Shown here: piece by piece, positions 54,780 through 64,000 of the stretch | Layout: each line of letters opens with the position of its first letter | How positions within the stretch are numbered: position 1 is the first letter of the stretch | Assembly: GCA_965285935.1 (NCBI GenBank) | Contig: OZ260666.1 | Location: forward strand, 7,068,001 to 7,132,000 | Length of the DNA: 64,000 nucleotides | Reading direction: 5' to 3' | DNA from: Ophelia neglecta | Taxonomy: Eukaryota | Made by a program: the position numbers and the translations under genes | The notes under the pieces: model-generated | What the model saw: the letters and a program-made list of their open reading frames with translations, nothing else | What the model was told of the DNA's origin: nothing | Databases searched by the model: none

Positions 54780-57600
54780 GTTATTAGCTATTTTTACCAG
54801 TGAGTTTTATCATAGTCTTCCCACCGCAGCTAAAAGGCCGAGTATCTGGCCCAGGGTCAGGTTTAATATCTGAACATACCAGCGCATGAACTTACAAATT
54901 ATCTTTGCTCGACCTACGGCCAAAGGCTAGACAGAATAAATGTGAATGTGTGCCCGAAAAATAATGCCATGTAATGCCTCTTTATATGAGATTAAAAAAC
55001 CTTTCAATTTTAGTCGGTGCGACTGTCCTCCCTCCCCCCCCCCCCACCCCCCCACCCCCACCCCCCTCAATCCGGAGTCCAGATGGGAATCATTACTGTA
55101 ACCGCTTTTGACAAATATGTCAATGCTGTCATGTAATATTTATGAAACTAAAGACCGAGGCGGATGTGACGGGGAATCATGTTACTAAGCGCAATGAAAA
55201 GGGTTTTAATTGTGTCCGGGAATCGTTGGAGGGTAAACATAAATTTTGGGAATTGCGTTGAGATTTGCTAATCCCGTGGGAAATCCCGTAATATCCCGGG
55301 AAATAGGAGGGTCATACTAACCAATAAATATGCTTATTTTCTCTTTTATGCTACCAGGTATGATCTCGCATTTGCCACCATGTTATCAGACAGGCGCCAT
55401 TTTCAGTGAGGTATAATCTATCAGACACAGCAAGAACCGCAGGATTGTGCCAACAGTCAGTGACTACAAACCAATAATGCACCAGTGCAATTCCCAGTGG
55501 CAGGCAGATAACATGCACTAAACCTACTCGAAAAGGAATGGGCTACAAGCTTTTCTTCTCAGATTCGGTCACTTTGTTCAGAACCTGCTATTAGGTATAC
55601 CCCCTTTATCCAGAGCATGCCACCAGTATTACAATACATGTATGTCCCGTTATAGCCAATATGACCAGATAAACAGAAGCCACGATTTACATCTCACCCT
55701 AATGTCGTCCCCCCCCCCCGCCCATCTCTTCCAATGTGCTAAGGGGGGGGGGGGTATCGAGGCATGTCCCCAGTATGGATGTGATTAGTCGTAGACCGTT
55801 AATGAGCCGCACAGCCATCCTGTTCAGTGTTTGGTATTCATGTAGCCTGTCCCCAGAGACCTGACTGCCATTTGTCTTCTCATGGATGTCGAGCTGGGAA
55901 CATGGGATGACAAACTAATCCAAGGCCTTCCTGCTGGAATTGTTTGCAGACAATTCATTGCACGATCAATGAAGTGAGCGTAGGAAAAATAAGAAGGTAT
56001 TTTGTGAGTGGCAGAAAAATAGTTTGGTGAAAGAATGGTGCCAAATCAGGAAACAAAAAAACCTTTATAGCTAGATAGAAAGTTTTTCGAATTAAGGGTT
56101 TTTTTGACATTCGGGAACATTACCAGCTTCCTTCAGCGATATCGCCGTGTAGCATTTCTTTCCATATGAGATCACTAACCAGTGTTATTACGTAACGAAG
56201 CAATCCTATGTCATAGGACCTACTCTCTAGCCAGGATTGGCTGCGGGAGAGGTCTCCCGTGTGAAACGCTCATATGCCATTAGTATTTTTCCGTCCGAAT
56301 GATCTGCCATCTTCACCCCCGCTCCACTAGTCTCTTCTTTACAGATACACACACACCCTCATACTAACACACACTCTCGCACAGGGTTAATAGAAAAAGG
56401 ATCTCCAGACATGTATTTTGATAGCATTATCGAAACCCATCATTCTAGAACTATAAGCCGCAAATTCCCATTTGATCCGAGTCCGTTTCACGAAGCTTTT
56501 TCTATTTTTACCAGTTAGTTTTACAAAACAACTTCCTATCATAGTCGTCCCAACGCAGCTAAAAGGCCGAGTATCTGGCCCAGGGTCAGGTATTATGTCT
56601 GACAATACGAGCGCAATTATCTTTGCTTGACCTACGGCCAAAGGCTAGACAGAATAAATGTGAATGTGTGCCCGTAAAATAATGTCATGTAATACCTCTT
56701 TATATTAGGTTAAAAAATGATTCAATTCTAGTCGGTGCGACAGCCGCCCCCCCCCCCCCCCCTCTCATTCCAGAATCCAGATTGGAATCATTTCTGTAAC
56801 CGCTTTGAGATGGCTTCGCCCTAATGTTATTTTCAATGATGTGTCATACAGGATCTCTTTCAATAATTATAGGAATGGACTGGCGTCGTGTTCGTTGGAA
56901 TGCTGGCTGTGATGAGGGTAGTTGTGATCTCGGATCCTTCTCAGAGGCGACTCCACACACAATGAGCCCCCTGACCCACTTCAAGTGGTATACTCCCATC
57001 AACCGTCATCCCTGAGCCCCCAAACCTCCCTCTCCCACATCCTCACTGAGGTCCCCTCTAAAAGAAAACACCCATTCCTCGTCTCTCAAGCTCCCAGATC
57101 TTTCCTGGTGAACACATCCATTCCTAATAACTCAATTGGAAGCAGAAAGAATGTCAAAATTGACTTGGTTTCCCCTCTTTCATGGTTCCTTACATCCGCA
57201 AATATTTTCTTGACATTAACCACCCCCAACAAGTGTCTGGTTGTTTCCTCTTGGACCTTTACTTCTGAGGATCACTCCATGTCTTAGACCTGTAATGAAG
57301 CTCAGATCTCGGATCCTGTATTCTGGAGACACTGCCACCTCCCGGGGTTTTTACATTTAGCACACTTATCTCCGGCGTAGTGTCTATAGCTACTTGTATT
57401 TTATAATCCAATCCCCACAATATACGACACGTGAATACCATATCAGGATGCTCCCAATCGTTCAACGATGGATGGGTTTTCCTTTTGATTTGCAAAAGAT
57501 CTGAAATCATGTTTTGTCCCACCGAGAGTATTGTTTTTTCAGAGTATATTTTTCTCTCTTTACATGTAACAGAGGCATAGCAGCACAACATGGCAGCTGG
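54780..57600 (-). pseudogene. Decayed TRPM-like copy K (SLOG-MHR3/4) plus a duplicated SLOG segment
   Basis: ORF 57259-57612 ILWGLDYKIQVAIDTTPE (cf. FG.I.F..KYVRV..DT.P); KTWSDP; HTFTFILS; IIALVL..GPDT (ORF 56387-56641); YDIGLL and LIWK..DIAE (56130-56215). Confidence 0.6.
54789..56806. repeat. ~320-bp direct repeat pair (54789-55110 and 56502-56806)
   Basis: Shared cgcagctaaaaggccgagtatctggcccagggtcagg...gacctacggccaaaggctagacagaataaatgtgaatgtgtgcccg...ctgtaaccgcttt. Confidence 0.92.
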
Positions 57601-57636
57601 ACAGTGGTACACCAGACTGCTACTCTTCTACTCTTG

Positions 57637-58844
57637 GTTAGAGTGGTTACCCCTCTACAACTATCATATATCACACTCCTAGCCTGGCTAGAGGGGTTAC
57701 CCCTCTACAACCATGATACACCACACTCCTAGCCTGGCTAGTGGGAGTACCCCTCTACAACCATGATCCACCACACTCCTAGCCTGGCTAGAGGGGTTAC
57801 CCCTCTAAAACCATGATACACCACACTCCTAGCCTGGCTAGAGGGGTTACCCCTCTACAACCATGATACACCACACTCCTAGCCTGGCTAGAGGGGTTAC
57901 CCCTCTACAACCATGATACACCACACTCCTAGCCTGGCTAGCGGGGTTACCCCTCTACAACCATGATACACCACACACCTACTAGCTTGGCTAGAGGGGT
58001 TACCCTCCTACAACCATGATACACCACACTCCTAGCCTGGCTAGAGGGGTTACCCCTCTACAACCATGATACACCACACACCTACTAGCTTGGCTAGAGG
58101 GGTTAACCCTCTATAACCATGATACACCACACTCCTAACCTGGCTAGAGGGGTTACCCCTCTACAACCATGATACACCACACTCCTAGCCTGGCTAGCGG
58201 GGTTACCCCTCTACAACCATGATACACCACACTCCTGGCCTGGCTAGAGGGGTTACCCCTCTACAACCATGATACACCACACTCCTAGCCTGCTAGAGGG
58301 GTTACCCCTCTACAACCATGATACACCACACTCCTAGCCTGGCTAGAGGGGTTACCCCTCTACAACCACGATACACCACACTCCTAGCCTGGCTAGAGGG
58401 GTTACCCGTCTACAACCATGATACACCACACTCCTAGCCTGGCTAGAGGGGTTACCCCTCTACAACCATGATACACCACACACCTACTAGCCTGGCTAGA
58501 GGGGTTACCCCTCTACAACCATGATACACCACACTCCTAGCCTGGCTAGAGGGGTTACCCGTCTACAACCATGATACACCACACTCCTAGCCGGCTAGAG
58601 GGGTTACCCCTCTACAACCATGATACATCACACTCCTAGCCTGGCTAGAGGGGTTACCCCTCTACAACCATGATACACCACACTCCTAGCCTGGCTAGGG
58701 GGGGTACCCCTCTACAACCAGGATACACCACACTCCTAGCCTGGCAAGAGGGGTTACTCCTGTACAAACACCTGATACAACACACTTATACTAGCCTGGA
58801 TAGAAGGGTTGCCATTAACCAACATGATACACCACACTCCTAGC
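57637..58844. repeat. 50-bp tandem minisatellite, ~23 highly homogeneous copies
   Basis: Unit ctcctagcctggctagaggggttacccctctacaaccatgatacaccaca. Confidence 0.97.
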
Positions 58845-58997
58845 CAAAGCGTGGCCGAGTGGTTTGGGTGTCCGCCTCGCAAGTGGGAGATCGGGGTTCG
58901 CTTCTCGATCCCGTCAAACCTAAGACGTAAAAATAGGTACTGATAGCTCCCCTGCCAGGCGCCCGGTATTTCGGGGGTAGTATCAGGACTTACCCTT
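58841..58997 (+). mobile_element. tRNA-derived SINE (Meta-domain-like)
   Basis: Box A gtggccgagtgg; box B ggggttcgcttc; central gtcaaacctaagacgtaaaaataggtactg; flanked by atacaccacactcct direct repeats. Confidence 0.82.
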
Positions 58998-59299
58998 ATA
59001 CACCACACTCCTGTCAGATGGCTAATCTCTTTGGCTTACTTGGTAGAGTGGCTGCCTTGTATCCTAGGTACTCCATTTCAAATCCATCTTGGACAGGACA
59101 TTGTTACATAAAGGCGGCTTAACGTTTGACAAAAGATTGGAAAATATCATTATTGTAAATGCTCTCATATATAATGATTTTTTAGTGTTAAGTTTGGTGT
59201 TAAGTTTCAGTTTCAAATGAATCTATTAGCAGTGTGAGTGTCATGGCGTTAGAGACTATCGCTGGCACAGTCCCAGAGGAAATCTGCAGAACTTGTTCA

Positions 59300-61810
59300 C
59301 AGCATAAGCGGCCAGCAATGCCTGATAATGAGTTATAAAGTGTTAGTTTTAGGCAAGTAAACTTGTAGATTGGTGTTATTGCAATTATTAAACTAAGGGC
59401 CTAGAAGCGGGTCGTAGAATGATATATGGGGGTAAACTGGCTGACACTTTTGAAGTAAATGCGGGCATTTCTACATGTAAGGTTTTGGTTTTGGGCAATA
59501 TTTAAACATAACTGTATTTGGAATGAGTATGTAACTGTTTGCTATGAGAAGCTGGCCTGTAAATGAGGGACAATGTCTATGATGATAGATGGTTCAAGTC
59601 AAAGTCAACACTGAAGGCATTTGAATAAGATGAAGGCGTGTTTCAGTTATTTAAGGCGAATATAGCAGGGGGGTTATTTACATCGTGGTATATTGAAAGC
59701 CAAAGTGTCTTTGGTAAAACGTGGGGTTGAGGCCGAGTACCTTTGACAAGTAAATCATAGGGCATTAAAACAGCAAGTAACCTGTCAGGGCATTCTGGCA
59801 ATTTAAGCACTTGGTGCTGTTTACCTAAGAGAAAAATAAATAAATCCTGCAAAAGTCTTCGTGTCTGGTAGGCCCGTACCTTTAAGTATACTGCTTGTCG
59901 GTGGGCCGGTAGTTGTAGGTAGACTTGGTGGCAGGAGGGCCTGAAGTTGTAGTTGTCAGGTTGGTCGGTTGATGCTGATTCTTGTTAAAAATCAAGTATC
60001 CCAGCATGCCGCTCTTCCTTGGAGTCTTTGCCCCAGCTTAATCTAACATTAATATAGATAGTTCTTATCCATTAATTAGCTTTAAGAATAACATATTTGG
60101 TCAGTATTGCGCGTAATTATTACAAATTTCGGCTTATTTTGTAATTATAATATATAATTTATTCTTATCAGGCCTCTTAACTACATTGTCTTCATCCTGC
60201 AGTCTGTGATAAGCCATCTTAACAGAGTCGAAACGGCCAAATAATACATTTTGGAGTTTATTTAGCATTTTTTCTTTCTACAAGTATCTCTTTTTTTGTC
60301 ACTTGAAGACGAGTCATTGTTCTTATATCTATTTCGGGGTCTAACAAGCACGACGTATGGATCTCCTTGGGACTATTTAGAGTCAGGTTTGGGGAGAGTG
60401 TTGTTTTAGTTATACATACGGCTAGGCGCTGATGTATGAAGCTGCTTGAGACGCGTAATGGAGTAGATACCTCATCGGCTAGGGCTGAGTTAGGTAAAAT
60501 GGGTGTCAGTTATGATGATTATAGGTGTACGTTAGACTATTTGTGGACGCCCGGTGGCATGTCTAGGGTTATTACCATGATATATAAGGCTATTCTAACC
60601 CAGCCATATACTGAATACATTCCGGCTCTATCGTTTAAAGAAAAACGGGTGAATTTTGCAGTGTACGTCAAAATAATTGAGGAAAGTAAGATGTCTTTTT
60701 TAAAGAATTTTAGGCAACTGTTGCCCATTTCGGTTTCTGATGCCTACCATGATTTATCTTTATAAGCTTATGCACAGTCAGGGAACTGGGGATTATATCT
60801 ATGGCCCTGCCGCTGACGGGTTCATGGGGGTTGATATCTACAGCTGACGGTTCCTGGAAGATGATGGCTATGGCCAAGCACCTGACGATTCATGGGAGTT
60901 GGTATCTATGGGCCGGCCGCTGACGGCTCCTTGGAGTTGATATATATGGCCCTGCATCTATCCGGTTCCTTGGATAGATAGTTATATACCTGCCGCTGAC
61001 GGGTTCCTAGGGGTTGTTATCTATGGTTCTGCAGCTGACGGGCTCCTGGGAGTTGATATCTATCATCCCGGCCATTGTAACCGTCCACATCCCTCCTCTC
61101 TCGACCCAGTCCCCACCACGGAAAGCATCGCCCCGGACCCCCATCCCCTACCACATTCCTTCTGTCGACCCAGCCACCACCACCGCTAGCATCGCTCCAG
61201 GCCCCCATCCCCGTCATTGTCCCCGCCCACACCCATCTGACGACCCAGCCACCACCACCGCACCTACGTCCCTGTCTCCATCCTCCCCCCCCCCCTCCTC
61301 TACCATCCCCTACCACCTATTCCAAGGTTTTCATGTGTACAGTGTCATGTCTTTTAGGAAGGCTCACTCTATTGTTTTTCGAGTAGCACTTAATGAGAAG
61401 GCTCTTTGGCAAAGTATTTTAGTTGAACTCGGCGCACCCTCTTTAAGCCAATTGAGCTGAACTCGACGTTTACAACACATTTATCGGCAAAAATATATCA
61501 AAAAAGATATTTGTAACAGGTTCTTATTTGATATCGTAGAGGATGCGCCATATCACATGATGTATTGATTCTATCCTTAAACAGGCGTCACAAACCTATC
61601 GCCCTGGACATTATCGCGATTTATGTCGTGATCGCACAATTCGAGAAAATTTCCTGGTTTAGTTCATCAACCCCCTTGACATCTCTCGGCTGGCTTGGAG
61701 GTACACGTGTACGAAAGGGTGTTGGTCTCCTTCACAAAATAATGCCTCGTGAATCGTTATTTAGATGACAGCAAATAAGAAAACCCTGAAATATTACCCT
61801 TCAGTCTAAA
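59300..61810 (-). mobile_element. Highly decayed Penelope-like element remnants
   Basis: GFLICCHLNNDSRGIIL (~61740-61790; PLE N-terminal FL..C....P.G motif); SPNLT..LLDPEI (~60330-60400); YDLLVKG and CPHLQ...NLTCRNARIY (59455-59760; GIY-YIG-adjacent motif). Confidence 0.35.
60785..61075. repeat. ~40-bp minisatellite, ~7 copies
   Basis: Repeated gctgacgg(g)ttcctgggagttgatatctatggccc. Confidence 0.85.
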
Positions 61811-62029
61811 AATAAAAACCGACTTTAATAATCAAAGTGACTGACAGTTAAATTCAAATAAACCGTTATCTGTTGTCTGGTAAATGTGGGCTGCCGGCGG
61901 CAGATTACTCCTTGAACCTTTACAAGGCACTGACAGATATTCATAAGCTTTCTCAAAGGCCTGAGGCGCCACGGGCTGCAAATGTGGTTATATGAAACAG
62001 CTGTCATGGCTTCAGTTAATGCAGTCTGG

Positions 62030-62592
62030 CAGCCTGTGAAGGGGCGGACAGCCTTCCCCTCTGGGAGAGGTGTAGAAGACTTACTTCCTTCCCGGTGCTG
62101 AAGCATACCTTCCTGGGAGATGGTCATGCAATCTCCCCAGCGCCCCACCGCCCTGGGAGGGCTCTGTTGGGGAGGCCTGGCCGCCTTCCTTACTATGAGG
62201 GGTCTGACAGCCTTCTTCCTGGGGTAGAGTTGGTCGCCTTCCTCCCGGGGATAGGCCTAGCACACTACCTCACTGTGAGAGGTGTGGCGGCCGTATCCCT
62301 GGGGGAGAGTTGGTCGCCTTCCTCCCGGGGAGAGGCCTAGCAGCCTACCTCACTGTGAGGGGTCTGACAGCCTTCTTCCTGGGGTAGAGTTGGTCGCCTT
62401 CCTCCCGGGGAGAGGCCTAGCAGACTACCTCACTGTGAGGGGTCTGGCGGCCTTCTCCCTGGGGGAGAGTTGGTCGCCTTCCTCCCGGGGAGAGGCCTAG
62501 CAGACTTCTCCCTATGAGAGGTGTGGCGGCCGTGTCCCTGTGGGAGATCTTGCCGCCTTCTGCCTGGGGGAGAGTTGGCCGCCTACCTCTAG
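62030..62592. repeat. GC-rich ~39-bp minisatellite with higher-order structure
   Basis: Repeated gagttggtcgccttcctcccggggagaggcctagca...cctcactgtgag units. Confidence 0.9.
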
Positions 62593-62620
62593 CCATTTGT
62601 GGGACGAATGTACTTTTCAG

Positions 62621-62920
62621 GGCCCAATATAGAATCCAGTTTATGAAGATTTTAAGGCGTTGATTGATGTCTCTTCCGGACGCTGCTGTTCTCCGGGACA
62701 TTGAACCCAAACCGCCATGGACGTCGTCAGTCTCCTGGCGCAGTGATCGCATGATCCTCGTGTTTTTGTTGAACAGGGTGAACAACATGCAAAATCTAAT
62801 CAGCAATACCTTGTCAAATAACAGCTGGCGAGTTAGATGTAAGTTTAAATAGCTCAAATCATTTCATGTTACTTAATAAGTGGTGCTAGTTAGGAGGTTG
62901 AGTTGAGGAGAGATTAAGAG
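62621..62920 (-). mobile_element. Penelope-like retroelement fragment (region upstream of the RT)
   Basis: LNLSSTQ (cf. VINLSS); LSYLNLHLT (cf. LSKGLNF.PT); SRRTAASGRDINQRLKIFINWI (cf. S.WTPP.GRD..LD.FI). Confidence 0.5.
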
Positions 62921-64000
62921 AGGGTGGGGGGGGGGGGGATAGGGAGGTGGGATTGGGGTGTGTGTGTGTGAAAGCTGACATACTTTTCCAAAGATTCGCT
63001 ATTTTATGGAGCTAGTTTGAAACTCTCTGGTGAGTGATACTGACTTATAACGTGATCGCTGACATATTGGTTAACGGAAATAAGTGTCAGGCGTTACGGT
63101 GTAAACAGAATAGGTGGCAGGAGTGTCTGGGGACTTGCAGGCTGTAGGCTGGACATCCCCTAAGAGAAGAGATGGGAGCTTGGATTCCCATTCAAACTGC
63201 CTGGAACAATTTGTTGATGCCCCCCCCCCCCCCTTGTTACTTTTAACAGTCAGTGACTGGTCAGTTTGTCTCCCGATCGGCCTCCACCTCATAACGTCCA
63301 CTGACGTCGGTCACTCTCTTCCCTAGTTCCCACCTCCCACCATCTCCACCTCCTAACCACCAGTGACGGGTGTCACTGCCTCCCAGAGTCCTACACCTTC
63401 CCCCGACTAACTCCTACTTTTAACTGCGTGTAATCGGTGTCGCTGTTTCCCCGACGCAGCGACACAGCCCTTTGCCCCCCTCCCCCTCCCTCCTCTACCA
63501 CATACACCGCCGACACACATCCTTCCCCCGGTACTATGCAGTCCACCCCAAGCCTCTTCGACTCCTGGAAACCTTTAGACAGCCACACTTATGGACATAG
63601 TTCGGTTAGCATTCACCCCAGCTCGCTGCCTGTGACTTGTCAGATCTAGACACAGGTTTTGCGGTGCCTAATCAGCGGAGATTACAGCCATTCCTATAAC
63701 CAGCGCTCGCAGCGGTCCGCTCGCTCGCCAGAACATTGCGCGCGATCTTGGAAGAGGCTCTCCGCGCCGATATCACTTCACTGAGAAGCTCTCAGCAATG
63801 CCAGCGGCCGGTGGATTGTCTGACAGACGTATTGACCCGTTGTCCTGATAGAAGCCGGCTCACAGACCCCTGGACTCAGCCAAGCCTCGGCAGTGTTGAT
63901 GTATCAGAGAGATTACAAGGGTCTGTTTTAACTGTCCAAGCAGTCTGGCCGTGACCGCGATTGTTAGGTCTTAGAGTTCATAAACAGTGTCTATTACCAG

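Noticed and set aside
54826-54845. U2 snRNA 5' end on the minus strand (ctcggcctttt.gct), also near 56557
   Set aside because: Only ~15 nt match and the rest of U2 is absent.
57637-58844. CRISPR array (palindromic repeats at regular spacing)
   Set aside because: The inter-palindrome sequence is identical between units, so there are no unique spacers. There are no cas genes and the context is eukaryotic.
60125-60240. Penelope-associated hammerhead (gagtcgaaac; cctgataag...ccgaaa on the minus strand)
   Set aside because: The core is incomplete and I could not build the stems.

Overview
AT-rich, repeat-rich animal genomic DNA; the SINE, L2 and MITE repertoire suggests an invertebrate, possibly a mollusc or other lophotrochozoan, but this cannot be proven from sequence. 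No intact protein-coding gene is present. Manual frameshift-tolerant translation indicates that most of 1-57.6 kb is a tandem array of about 13-14 heavily decayed, apparently intronless TRPM2-like channel pseudogene copies or fragments, all on the minus strand. Their motifs follow the order SLOG/MHR1-2, MHR3-4, S1-S6/TRP helix, NUDT9-homology. The plus strand carries strong splice signals, including TACTAAC branch points with pyrimidine tract and CAG, and GTAAGT/GTAGGT donors, several at pseudogene boundaries. This suggests a spliced antisense non-coding transcript, i.e. a candidate piRNA/endo-siRNA cluster against an expanded TRPM family (inference). Interspersed are an L2-type LINE 3' fragment, tRNA-derived SINEs, TA-flanked MITEs, minus-strand Penelope-like remnants, local duplications and many minisatellites. 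Pseudogene boundaries are approximate, and the family assignment rests on motif recognition by eye, not a database search.
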